Shown: positions 1 to 8,714 of the stretch, piece by piece | Layout of the letters: the number at the start of each line of letters is the position of its first letter | Numbering within the stretch: the stretch's first letter is position 1 | Assembly: GCA_963795085.1 (NCBI GenBank) | Contig: CAWCFX010000001.1 | Location: forward strand, 640,001-704,000 | Length of the DNA stretch: 64,000 nucleotides | Origin: an uncultured Gemmatimonadales bacterium | GTDB lineage: Bacteria; Gemmatimonadota; Gemmatimonadetes; Gemmatimonadales; GWC2-71-9 | Direction: 5' to 3' | Made by a program: the position numbers and the translations under genes | Notes under the pieces: generated by a model | Database searches by the model: none | What the model saw: the letters and a program-made list of their open reading frames with translations, nothing else | Told to the model about the DNA's origin: nothing

Positions 1-21
1 GCCTCAACCACCACGCCGGCC

Positions 22-87
22 CCCGCCGCTCACCCCGGAAGCAACTCCCCTCTCCATGTAATGGAGAGGGGTTGGGGGTGAGGCGGG
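22..87. repeat. REP-like GC palindrome
   Basis: CCCCTCTCCAT(47-57)-GTA-ATGGAGAGGGG(61-71) nested within CTCACCCC/GGGGTGAG; same style as the repeats around 43.2-44.0 kb. Confidence 0.7.
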
Positions 88-114
88 CTGGGGATGAGAT
101 CCGCGCGGCGAATC

Positions 115-459
115 TCAGCCGGCGCCGCTTCCGCTCCGTTCCAGTTGGGACGTAAACCGCTCGGCCGCTCCCCGCAGCAGGGTCATCTCGTTGGCCTTGA
201 GCACCAGTTGCGGATCCTTCAGGTCCTCGGCCACCGTGTCCAGGATCTCCACCGCGCGGCGCATGCGGAAGCGCTTGAGGGCGGCGGCGCCGTCGGTCAT
301 GTTCTGGGCCGACTTGATGGCCCACAGCCGGAGCCGGACATCGTCAATCGCGCTTTTCAGGTCGTCGAGCCCCGGCGGGGTGAGTGTTCCGGATCCGATC
401 TGGGATTCAATCGTCTGCAGGCTCAAGCGCATCGAATGGACCGGATTCTCGGGCGACAT
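115..459 (-). CDS. Hypothetical helical protein (114 aa)
   Basis: ATG start with upstream GGAG; protein-like composition; no recognised domain. Confidence 0.7.
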   Translation of the reverse strand: MSPENPVHSMRLSLQTIESQIGSGTLTPPGLDDLKSAIDDVRLRLWAIKSAQNMTDGAAALKRFRMRRAVEILDTVAEDLKDPQLVLKANEMTLLRGAAERFTSQLERSGSGAG

Positions 460-601
460 GAGGGCATCTCCATGGTGAGTGAAAAGGGGCAGCTGCGTCC
501 TGCGATATGAAAGTCACGGCGAGGAACCGATGAAACAATATACGCTCCTCCCCCCGGACTGGATTGCTTCAGTGCCCCAACAGCTCACCGCAGAGGACGT
601 T

Positions 602-810
602 GTCACGAAAGCACGAACGACAAAATACGAACAAGAAGCACGAACAACAAAATACGAAACACAAACACGAACAAGACAGGGCATTGTGGGAAAGATGGGG
701 ACATCGTCGAGAATGGTAAACATCATCTTTGGGTCGTTTTGACCATTTCTCTCTTTGTTGTCCCCGCTGTTGTTGTTTCGGCTTCGTTTCCGAATTCGTG
801 TTTTCGAGAT
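602..810. repeat. AT-richer long imperfect hairpin built from micro-repeats
   Basis: A-rich arm with a 23-nt direct repeat (609-631, 636-658), T-rich opposite arm, inner pairs GGGGACA/TGTCCCC and GAGAATGGT/ACCATTTCTC. Confidence 0.6.
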
Positions 811-832
811 CCATCAGGGCTCGAATCCAGTC

Positions 833-1588
833 TTACTGCCAGTTCTGATAGAACACCAGCACCCCCACCACCACCAGGAACACGGCGAAGGCCCGGCGCA
901 GTTGCGCCGCGGGCACGAACTTCACCAGCCAGGTCCCCAGCAGGATGCCGCCGATCGCGACGCCGGTGAACCCGGCCAGGAAGCCCCAGTCGATATCCAC
1001 CTGGTCCATGTATCCCGCGAAACCCGCGGTGGTGTTGAGCGCGATGACCAGGAGGGAGGTGCCGACGGCGTGCTTCATCGGCAGGCGGGCCAGCAGCACC
1101 AGCGCCGGCAGGATGAGAAACCCGCCCCCGATCCCGACGATGCCGGTCAGCATGCCCACGCCGAGTCCGGCGCCCGCCAGCAGGAGCGGGTGGGCGCGGG
1201 GCGGGGCGTCGGGTTTCCCCGGCTGGTCCACCTCGGCCCGGCGGCGCAGCATGGCCACGGCGGCCACCAGCATGACCAGGCCGAGGAGGAGCAGCTGGAA
1301 CCGGCCGCTCAGGAGGGTGGCCAGCCGGGCCCCGGCAAAGGCGCCGGCCATGGTGAGCAGGCCGAAGAGTATGCCGGGCTTCACCTGGACGTTGCCCGCC
1401 CGCCAGTGTCCCACCGCGCCCACCAGGCTGGTGACGCCGACTACCGGCAGACTCATGGCGATGGCCTGCTTGGCGCCGAAGCCCAGCACGTACACGAATA
1501 TGGGAACGGTGAGAATGGACCCGCCGCCGCCCAGCATGCCGAGGGAGAGTCCCACCAGGGCCGCGAGGGCGAAGCCGAGGATGACCAC
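833..1588 (-). CDS. Sulfite exporter TauE/SafE family membrane protein
   Basis: GLSLGMLGGGGSILTVP and GIVGIGGGFLILPAL repeats; ~8 TM segments. Confidence 0.92.
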   Translation of the reverse strand: MVILGFALAALVGLSLGMLGGGGSILTVPIFVYVLGFGAKQAIAMSLPVVGVTSLVGAVGHWRAGNVQVKPGILFGLLTMAGAFAGARLATLLSGRFQLLLLGLVMLVAAVAMLRRRAEVDQPGKPDAPPRAHPLLLAGAGLGVGMLTGIVGIGGGFLILPALVLLARLPMKHAVGTSLLVIALNTTAGFAGYMDQVDIDWGFLAGFTGVAIGGILLGTWLVKFVPAAQLRRAFAVFLVVVGVLVFYQNWQ

Positions 1589-1589
1589 C

Positions 1590-2186
1590 TCAGCCCGGGT
1601 GAGCCGCGAGGGCGCGCACGATCTTGCCGATGTCGCACCCGGCGGTGCGGTTGTAGGGGAGCCTGGCGAGCAGCATGCCCATCATGCAGGTATCGCTGAC
1701 GCCGGCGAAGACCAGGCCGCTTCCCACCAGCGCGGGGAGCAGGGCGAAAAGCGGATGGACGGCCAGGGCGAGCACACCGCCGGCCCCCGCGAGGAAGCCC
1801 GCCACGATCCGGACCTGCCGTTCGAGCGATATCCGTTTGCGCCCGCGGGCCACCGGCCGGCCGGCCGCGAGCCAGGCGTTCACCCCGCCCTCGAGGACGT
1901 GGAGGTTGGTCATGCCGGTCGCCCGGAGCGCGGATTCGGCCTTCGCCGCCCGCTGCCCGGACTGGCAGACCAGCACCACGGGGACGCTCACGGTGCGACG
2001 GATCTCGTCGGCGTGCTCGTGCAGGGTATCCAGCGGGACGTTGTAGGCGCCCGTGATGTGCGCGTTTTCAAACTCGCCCGGCGTGCGCACATCGAGGAGG
2101 CGCACCGAGGGCTGGGAGGCCAGCAGGCCGGCCAGGGTATCGGCCGGCACGGCGGCCGGGTACAGAGGAGCGGTGGTCATTGTCAT
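1590..2186 (-). CDS. Rhodanese domain + DUF2892 (YgaP-like) sulfurtransferase
   Basis: LLDVRTPGEF..HI.GA.NVP, active-site VCQSGQRA, C-terminal ISLERQVRIVAG..GVSDTC.MG; start 2186 or 2180. Confidence 0.9.
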   Translation of the reverse strand: MTMTTAPLYPAAVPADTLAGLLASQPSVRLLDVRTPGEFENAHITGAYNVPLDTLHEHADEIRRTVSVPVVLVCQSGQRAAKAESALRATGMTNLHVLEGGVNAWLAAGRPVARGRKRISLERQVRIVAGFLAGAGGVLALAVHPLFALLPALVGSGLVFAGVSDTCMMGMLLARLPYNRTAGCDIGKIVRALAAHPG

Positions 2187-2212
2187 AGGCCCTTGAATAT
2201 TGGTTGCGATGG

Positions 2213-2542
2213 TCAGCCCGCCTTCTCCAGCTTCCCGGGCGCCCCGGTCCGGTCCAGCTGTCCGCACATGATGTCGCAGAGCCGGAACACTTCCGGGCCG
2301 GCCAGGGAGTAATGGGAGAAGAGCCCGTCCTTGCGGCGGCGCAGGAAACCGTGGAAATGGAGTACCTGGAGGTGCTTGGAGACGTTGGCCTGGCGGAGGC
2401 CGGTGGCGTCCACCAGCTCCGAGACGGTCAGTTCCCGGGAGCGGAGCAGGTGGAGAATCTGGAGCCGGGTCGGGTCGGCCAGCGCCTTGAACCGCGAGGC
2501 GACTTCGGCCATGACCGCGGGGGTTGGATCCTGCCTGGGCAT
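2213..2542 (-). CDS. ArsR/SmtB family transcriptional regulator
   Basis: FKALADPTRLQILHLL..ELTVSEL..QANVSKHL; C-terminal LCDIMC. Confidence 0.93.
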   Translation of the reverse strand: MPRQDPTPAVMAEVASRFKALADPTRLQILHLLRSRELTVSELVDATGLRQANVSKHLQVLHFHGFLRRRKDGLFSHYSLAGPEVFRLCDIMCGQLDRTGAPGKLEKAG

Positions 2543-2559
2543 GTCGGTCCTTGGGAAGA

Positions 2560-2587
2560 AACTATACTACCACACAGGAATATAGTT
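2560..2587. promoter_or_regulatory. Putative ArsR operator (inverted repeat)
   Basis: AACTATA-N14-TATAGTT in an AT-rich patch 18 nt upstream of the ArsR start. Confidence 0.55.
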
Positions 2588-2676
2588 CGGGGCAACGTCC
2601 CGGGCAACCCGGGCTGGCCTGCAACCCTTTTTCGCCCGGCAGCGTCTTCGGGGATACCCATCCCCTCGAGGCCTTC

Positions 2677-3930
2677 ATGCGGCTGATTGCTTCTCTCGCC
2701 CTGTTCTCCTTCTTCTTCTCGGTCGCCTGCGGCCCGCGCGAGTCGCGTCCCAGTCCCGATGCGCTCACCGTGGAGCGGGACACGATCGCCGACACCGTGG
2801 TGGTCCGCACCGTGAGTGGCAGCAGCTGGGGCGCGCCGGCCCGGCTGGAGCCACGGATGTCCATCGGCGTGGCCGAGGGCGAAGATGCGCTGATGCTGGG
2901 AGACATCCGGAGCCTGGCGGTGGCGCCCGACGGCTCGGTGTACATGATGGATGGCCGCACCGCGCTCAAGCAGTTCGGGCCCGATGGCAATTTCATCAGG
3001 ATCTTCGGCCGGGTGGGGAGCGGACCCGGCGAATACCGGCGCCCCGACGGCGGGCTCGCGGTGCTCGCCGATGGCCGGGTGGTGCTCCGCGACCCGGGCA
3101 ACGCCCGGCTCACGGTGTATTCGCCGGCGGGCGAGTACCTGGCGACCTGGCGGATCAGCGGCTCGCTGAACACCGGCCGCAAGCTCTACACCGACCGGAC
3201 CGGCAGCGTGCTCACCCTGGTCATGCTCGACCGGCCGGACGAGGCGAGCGGGGACTGGACCGCCGGGCTGTCCCGGTACGATGCCTCGGGCACGCCGCGC
3301 GACAGCATCCGCGCGCCTGAGTGGCCCTACCGACGGTCCAGCATCATCGGCCAGGCCGAGGGCAACACCTCGGTCAGCGATGTCCCCTTTGCCCCCGAGC
3401 TGGTCTGGACCTGGAGTCCGCTCGGCTACATGGTCGGCGGCGTGGGGAGCGAGTATCGCATCTACCTGCTGCGGCCGGGGGCTCCGCTGATCATCGAGCG
3501 GACGGTGACGCCGGTCCCGGTGCAGTCCGCCGAGGCGGCGGATCACAAGCGGGCCGCCACGAACTCGTTCCGCCGGCAGTTTCCCGGCTGGGTCTGGAAC
3601 GGAGACGATATCCCTGCCACCAAGCCGGCATTCCGGTTCCTGGCGGTGGGCGACGATGGCCGGATCTGGGTCGGCCTGTCACAGCCGGGGGAGAAGGACC
3701 CGGCCGTCACCGACTCGACCCAGGCGGGCTGGACCGAGCCGGTGGTGTTCGACGTGTTCGAGCCCGATGGACGCTACCTGGGGATGGTGGCGGCGCCGGA
3801 TGGGTTCCTCACCTACCCGGCGCCGGTGTTCCGCGGCGATACCGTCTGGGCCGCGGTCGAGGATGCCGACGGCGTGCGTTACGTCCGCCGGTTCGAGGTT
3901 CAGACCGTTGCGGACGCGGGCAAGCCGTAG
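2677..3930 (+). CDS. 6-bladed beta-propeller (NHL-like) lipoprotein
   Basis: Signal peptide with lipobox SVAC; FGRVGSGPGEY and FDVFEPDGRYLG motifs. Confidence 0.85.
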   Translation: MRLIASLALFSFFFSVACGPRESRPSPDALTVERDTIADTVVVRTVSGSSWGAPARLEPRMSIGVAEGEDALMLGDIRSLAVAPDGSVYMMDGRTALKQFGPDGNFIRIFGRVGSGPGEYRRPDGGLAVLADGRVVLRDPGNARLTVYSPAGEYLATWRISGSLNTGRKLYTDRTGSVLTLVMLDRPDEASGDWTAGLSRYDASGTPRDSIRAPEWPYRRSSIIGQAEGNTSVSDVPFAPELVWTWSPLGYMVGGVGSEYRIYLLRPGAPLIIERTVTPVPVQSAEAADHKRAATNSFRRQFPGWVWNGDDIPATKPAFRFLAVGDDGRIWVGLSQPGEKDPAVTDSTQAGWTEPVVFDVFEPDGRYLGMVAAPDGFLTYPAPVFRGDTVWAAVEDADGVRYVRRFEVQTVADAGKP

Positions 3931-4319
3931 ATCGCCCCCATCACGGCGCCGTACACCAGGTGGCCGATGAGGCTGCCCATCGCCATGACGGCGGCGCCGG
4001 CGAACATCGGCATGCCCATCATCGGCATCACGACGACCATCGCCATCAGCCAGGGCGCGATGCTGTAGATCGCCCCGCGCACCGCCGGCGGGCCGGGCAG
4101 CATTGGAGCCACGATGGCATAGATGACGGCGAGAATGGCGCCGATCATGAAGTGGCCCACCCAGCCCAGCATCATGTTGCCGCCCATCGCGCCGGCCAGC
4201 ATCTCCGCCGGGTTCATCCGCGGCATGCCCATCATCGGCGCCACGTACAGCCCCACCAGTGTCATCGCCGCCGTTCCCACCAGCCCGGCCACGATGGCCT
4301 TGCCCCAGTTCCGTGTCAT
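3900..4319 (-). CDS. Met-rich 4-TM membrane protein (DUF6789/DUF2938-like)
   Basis: AGLVGTAAMT, GWVGHFMIG, MPMMGMPMF, SLIGHLVYG; RBS GAGGAGG. Confidence 0.8.
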   Translation of the reverse strand: MTRNWGKAIVAGLVGTAAMTLVGLYVAPMMGMPRMNPAEMLAGAMGGNMMLGWVGHFMIGAILAVIYAIVAPMLPGPPAVRGAIYSIAPWLMAMVVVMPMMGMPMFAGAAVMAMGSLIGHLVYGAVMGAIYGLPASATV

Positions 4320-4328
4320 GCTGCCTCC

Positions 4329-5111
4329 TCAGAGAATGGAAAGTGCCACTGTCATGCCCATCTGCTGCATGCAGATGTGGGCAAGCTCCACCAGGCGCGC
4401 GTCCGGCAGGTTGCCGACCAGGGCGTGGAGCAGCCCCGGGTCCTCCCAGGTGACGACCGGGTACCCGGCCCAGCGGGCGGGGACCGGCGGTGTGAGCCGG
4501 CCCGGCGCGCTTCGCGCCCGGGGCAGGGGACTCACATAGTACGACACCGGCCGTCCATCAACGCGGTACAGGATCACCGCGGCCTCGCGCCCGTCCAGCA
4601 TGGCCACCCGGGCGCCCAGCAACTCGCCGCCCGGGAAGGCCGGAATGTGAACGGCGAACGCGAGCTGCTCCTCCAGCCAGCGGGCCGCCGTCGCGGTGTC
4701 GCCGGAGTTGATGCCGCCCGCCGTGGCCGCCCGCTGGTGATCGGTGACGACCAGCTCCGCCACGGCCTGCGGAGAAGTCGCCGCCGGACGGATGAACCAC
4801 CAGGCGCCCGCCGCCGCCAGCACCAGGAGTCCGGCGGCCAGCGCGCCGCGGGAGCGCCGGGTGCGGCGATGGGTACCCAGCCGGGCCTGGGCCACGGCCT
4901 GGAAGAGCCGGTCCCGCGCCGCGAGTGGTGCGGCTGGAGGCGGTGCATCGGTTCCCACCCGGGCCTGGATGTCGTGCATGTCCCGGAAGAACCGCCGGCA
5001 TTCCGCACACTCTTCCCGGTGCGCTTCGGCCGCCAGCCGGGCGTCGGTGACGACGTGGGGGCCGGCATCGCCCCAGAGGATCCTTCGCGCCTTGCCGCAG
5101 GACATGATCAT
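4329..5111 (-). CDS. Zinc-binding transmembrane anti-sigma factor
   Basis: N-terminal C..HxxxCxxC (HREECAEC), one TM, RsiW-like periplasmic domain; overlaps the sigma factor stop. Confidence 0.85.
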   Translation of the reverse strand: MIMSCGKARRILWGDAGPHVVTDARLAAEAHREECAECRRFFRDMHDIQARVGTDAPPPAAPLAARDRLFQAVAQARLGTHRRTRRSRGALAAGLLVLAAAGAWWFIRPAATSPQAVAELVVTDHQRAATAGGINSGDTATAARWLEEQLAFAVHIPAFPGGELLGARVAMLDGREAAVILYRVDGRPVSYYVSPLPRARSAPGRLTPPVPARWAGYPVVTWEDPGLLHALVGNLPDARLVELAHICMQQMGMTVALSIL

Positions 5112-5674
5112 CGTTGCTTCTCCTGCCTTTTCCAGTCCGGGTTGGGGGTGAGCAGGTGCCGGAGCGCGCGCCGCGCCCGGAAGAGCCGCGAGGCGATGGT
5201 ACCCTCGGCGACGCCGAGCATCTCCGCCGCCTCCCGCTGCCGGAATCCTTCGAGGTCCACCAGGATCACCGTGGCGCGCAGCTCCGGCTCCAGCCGGTCC
5301 AGCGCGCCGGGAACGTCGTCGGGCGCCGCACCGTCAGCGGCCACGCTCTTCTCATCGAACCATGCGGCGAGTGCCGCTTCGAACTCCGGCTCTCCCAGGT
5401 CGGTGACAAGCGTCTCACTCTTGCGCCGGGCGGTGCGCATCCGGTTGAGGTGGGTACGGGTGAGGATCGTGAACAGCCAGGCGCGGCCGGCGGCCGGGTC
5501 GCGCAACTGGTGATAGCGCTCGAATCCCTGCAGTACCGCCTCCTGGAGCAGGTCCTCGGCGTCGGCCTCGTGGCCGCCGCTGAGACGGACCGCGGTCCGG
5601 AACAGCGGATCCATCTGCTCGCTCAGCAACTCTTCGAACGCCCGGCCGGGCGCGGGGGGTTTCGGCAGGACCAT
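5108..5674 (-). CDS. ECF RNA polymerase sigma factor
   Basis: DAEDLLQEA, RAWLFTIL, region 4 EAAEMLGVAEGTIASRLFRAR; ATG 5674 with CAGGAG RBS. Confidence 0.93.
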   Translation of the reverse strand: MVLPKPPAPGRAFEELLSEQMDPLFRTAVRLSGGHEADAEDLLQEAVLQGFERYHQLRDPAAGRAWLFTILTRTHLNRMRTARRKSETLVTDLGEPEFEAALAAWFDEKSVAADGAAPDDVPGALDRLEPELRATVILVDLEGFRQREAAEMLGVAEGTIASRLFRARRALRHLLTPNPDWKRQEKQR

Positions 5675-5821
5675 CTCCTGGCGACCGTGGGACTGCAGCA
5701 ACCGAATGCGGCCTTGTTAACAGTAAGACACCTCCCGGGGAGGAATCCTTCCCGCCGGGGGTTACATTGGGAGTCCGGCCCCCCAGCGGCAGATGCTCAT
5801 CCTGTTCACCACGCAGGGCTT

Positions 5822-6379
5822 ATGGCATTCATACCCTATTTTTCCGACACGGACGTTCCGGCCGAAGACCAGGTGCCGGACCGGGACAACATCCTCCGGG
5901 TGCACACCGTCCACCCGCGGGTCATGCGGCAGCACTACGATCTCTACGTGGAGATCATGCACCGCCCCGGCCCCCTGACCCGGGTGCAGCGCGAGATGGT
6001 CGCGGTGGTCGTCTCGGCGACCAACGGCTGTCACTATTGAATCGTGCATCACGGAGCGGGGCTCCGTCGGCTGCTGGAGGCAGCCGGGTCGCCGGACGGG
6101 GAGATCGGGGGCCTGCTGGCGGGACTCGCGGAGGATTACCGGGCGCTGGAGCTGGCGCGGGCCGACCGGGCCATCCTGGACTACGCGGTCAAGCTGACCG
6201 TGACGCCGGCCCTCATGACCCGGGAGGATGCCGACCGGTTGCGGCAGGCCGGGCTCGATGACCTGGCGATCCACGATCTCTGCGCGGTGACCGCCTACTT
6301 CGCGTTCGTGAACCGGATCGCGGATGGGTTGGGGGTGGAACTGGAGACCCGGTTTGGAGAATCGGGGCCTCTTTCGTGA
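5822..6379 (+). CDS. AhpD/carboxymuconolactone-decarboxylase-family peroxidase-related protein, probable selenoprotein (Sec at TGA 6038-6040)
   Basis: One frame: ..QREMVAVVVSATNGCHY*IVHHGAGLRR..DYAVKLT.TP..TAYFAFVNRIADGLG; the stop sits at the second position of the AhpD CxxC. Confidence 0.88.
6051..6067 (+). promoter_or_regulatory. Putative bacterial SECIS hairpin
   Basis: ACGGAGC-GGG-GCTCCGT stem-loop beginning at the 11th nt after the in-frame TGA; G-rich loop. Confidence 0.7.
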
Positions 6380-6555
6380 TGGGGCTCCCCCCTTTGACGT
6401 GATCTCGGAACCAACCTCAGGGTCAGGCGGGACAACGTGACCTGCGACACTGGAGATCAGGGCCCGGACGACAAGATTGGGCACTGCCTCGGCCCCCGCG
6501 CCGGAGGTTAGGCACCTGAAACCCTGCGGGATCATGCTCAACTGGAGGGAGCCCC

Positions 6556-6753
6556 GTGCGCACCACGACGCTCTTGGCCGTCACGATCGCGGCGGCCGCG
6601 CTGATGGGATGTAAAAAGACCGGCGAGAACGAGTACGAGGTCGATAAGCCGGTCGTGACGACCGAGAAGGATACCGTGCACACCCCGGACATCGATGTCG
6701 GCACCACCGAGGACACCGTCGTGGTCAAGCGTCCGACCGTGGACGTGAACTAG
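6556..6753 (+). CDS. Small secreted lipoprotein (65 aa)
   Basis: GTG start with GGAGGG RBS, lipobox LMGC, acidic Val/Thr-rich tail. Confidence 0.8.
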   Translation: MRTTTLLAVTIAAAALMGCKKTGENEYEVDKPVVTTEKDTVHTPDIDVGTTEDTVVVKRPTVDVN

Positions 6754-6776
6754 GCCCGACCCAAGCGGTACGACCA

Positions 6777-6806
6777 CAAATGGGCGGCCCTGGAGCCGCC
6801 CGTTTG
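6777..6806. terminator. Bidirectional hairpin terminator
   Basis: CAAATGGGCGGC-N6-GCCGCCCGTTTG between convergent genes. Confidence 0.7.
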
Positions 6807-6807
6807 C

Positions 6808-8484
6808 TTACCTGCCCATCCCCGCCGCCATCCCGCCGCCGGCCGCCGCCTGGTCCCCACCCGACATCAGCAGGGCAATGGCCCGCTCATCGGTGCCGTA
6901 CAGGTCGGAGCGAAACCGCACCGCGCCATCCCGCACGAACGCGGTGAAATAGACGATATAGACGGGGATCTTCTGGCGGAGCCCGACCTGCCGGGTGGAG
7001 TCCCGCTGCATCGCCTGCCGGATCTTCTTGAGATCCCACTCCGTGTTCCGGGACAGCGCAAACTCGGCCAGCTGGTCCGGCCGTTCCACCCGGATGCAGC
7101 CATGGCTGGCCGCGCGGCCGGCACGGCGGAACAGCGAACGGGCCGGGGTATCGTGCAGGTACACGTCGTACTGGTTGGGGAACATGAACTTGACCAGGCC
7201 CAGCGAGTTGGCCGGGCCCGGCTTCTGCCGGACGTAGAAATTGAGCCGTGCGGTGTCCAGTCTGGCCCACTCGATGGAGCCCGGATCGACGACCTCCCGG
7301 CCCCGGAGAATCTCGTAGTTGTTCTTGGCCATGTACTCGGGATCCCGGCGGGCGGCGGGAATGATCTCTTCCTTGAGGATGCGCGCCGGCACGTTCCAAT
7401 AGGGCCGGAAGACCAGGTAACTCATCGAGTCGGCGAATACCGGCGTGGGATTGTCGAAGTCCTTGCCCACGACGACCCGCATCTGGATCACCTCCTTGCC
7501 GTCCTCATAGGCGTGGAGGTTGTAGTCCGGGATATTCACCAGGATGTGACGTGCCCCCAGGTTGTCCGGGAGCCAGCGGTAGCGCTCCATGTTGAGGATG
7601 ATCTGGCCGATGCGCATGGCGACCGGGACGTTCATCGCCAGGACGGTGGACCGGCCGATCACGCTGTCGGTCTCCAGCCCGTGGTGGTCCTGGAACCGCG
7701 CGACCGCGCCCGCCAGTACCGAGTCATACCGCATGGGGTCGGCCGTCGAGGCCTCGGCCAGCTCCCCGGTGACCAGCAGGCGGCGGCGAACGAGCGGGAC
7801 GATCGAATCCACGGCGCCGGGTTCCAGCTTGAGCCGAGGCGGCACCGGGATCGAGTCCCATCCGCCGCCGGCCTCCAGCGCGCGGTACGTCACCAGGGCC
7901 TGTACCAGCTTCTGGTAGGCCGGGTCCCGGGGATAGAGCGGCGCGACCATGGCGTCGAAGGTGTCCTGCCGCAGCGCGCGGTAGAGCAGTGAATCCACGC
8001 CGGTGCGCCGGTCCTTGATGAACCACCCGCGGTCCACGTCGGAAGGCTGGGTCCGGCCGGAGAAGATCTGGGTCCCGTAGCGGAGGAACCCGCTGGTCAG
8101 GAAGAACTCCAGCCGCGCGATGGCGGCGGGCACCGAGTCGCGGGGGAGCTTGGGGTCGTAGGCCCGGGCCAGCAGGGAGCGAAGCACTGGCAGGTCGAAA
8201 TCGGAGGAGCGGAGGCCCTGCGCCTCCGCGTTGGAGAGCGCGGCGACCAGTTCCGCTCCCCGCGGGGTGGGACCCTCGAGCGAGGTCCAGACGGGACGGT
8301 ACTCCCGTTCCCGGTAGGCGGCTTGAACCATCGGCCACCGGGGCTCCGCCGGGGCCGGCAGCGAATCCACGGTACGCCCCACCGCGGACACCACGTCGGC
8401 GTCCGTGACCTTCTTCCGGCAGCCGGCCACCACGATCGTAACCGTGGCGAGGGCGAGGAGCGTTCGAACCTGCAATCGGGACAC
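6808..8484 (-). CDS. L,D-transpeptidase (YcbB/LdtD-like) lipoprotein with peptidoglycan-binding domain
   Basis: Lipobox VAGC; AVARFQDHHGL PG-binding motif; VYLHDTP..ASHGCIRV catalytic motif. Confidence 0.93.
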   Translation of the reverse strand: MSRLQVRTLLALATVTIVVAGCRKKVTDADVVSAVGRTVDSLPAPAEPRWPMVQAAYREREYRPVWTSLEGPTPRGAELVAALSNAEAQGLRSSDFDLPVLRSLLARAYDPKLPRDSVPAAIARLEFFLTSGFLRYGTQIFSGRTQPSDVDRGWFIKDRRTGVDSLLYRALRQDTFDAMVAPLYPRDPAYQKLVQALVTYRALEAGGGWDSIPVPPRLKLEPGAVDSIVPLVRRRLLVTGELAEASTADPMRYDSVLAGAVARFQDHHGLETDSVIGRSTVLAMNVPVAMRIGQIILNMERYRWLPDNLGARHILVNIPDYNLHAYEDGKEVIQMRVVVGKDFDNPTPVFADSMSYLVFRPYWNVPARILKEEIIPAARRDPEYMAKNNYEILRGREVVDPGSIEWARLDTARLNFYVRQKPGPANSLGLVKFMFPNQYDVYLHDTPARSLFRRAGRAASHGCIRVERPDQLAEFALSRNTEWDLKKIRQAMQRDSTRQVGLRQKIPVYIVYFTAFVRDGAVRFRSDLYGTDERAIALLMSGGDQAAAGGGMAAGMGR

Positions 8485-8550
8485 GTCAACGTCCTTGGGT
8501 AGGGGCCTCCTCCGTGCCCGCGGCCGGGGGCACGGGGCAGCGGCTCAGGC

Positions 8551-8566
8551 GCAATACTAATGCCAA
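8551..8566 (-). promoter_or_regulatory. Putative sigma-54 (-24/-12) promoter of the L,D-transpeptidase
   Basis: Minus strand TTGGCATTAGTATTGC = TGGCA-N6-TTGC with correct GG-N10-GC spacing. Confidence 0.6.
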
Positions 8567-8714
8567 GAGCATGAAATTCGTATTGCCCTCTGGAGCAGCA
8601 GGTTGCCGGTCGTCGTCCGGCGGAGCGTGCTCGTCGTCACACCCGGGAGGCCCCCCGATGCGACATACTGTAGGAAGCAGGCGACCTGTGACCTTACCGA
8701 GAGGTGATTGGCCC

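Noticed and set aside
479..742. 87-aa ORF with ARTTKYE repeats
   Set aside because: Translation of the non-coding repeat hairpin; atypical codon usage
6044..6379. Independent 111-aa gene or pseudogene interpretation
   Set aside because: In frame with the upstream half, and the stop sits at the catalytic Cys position with a SECIS-like hairpin, so Sec read-through fits better
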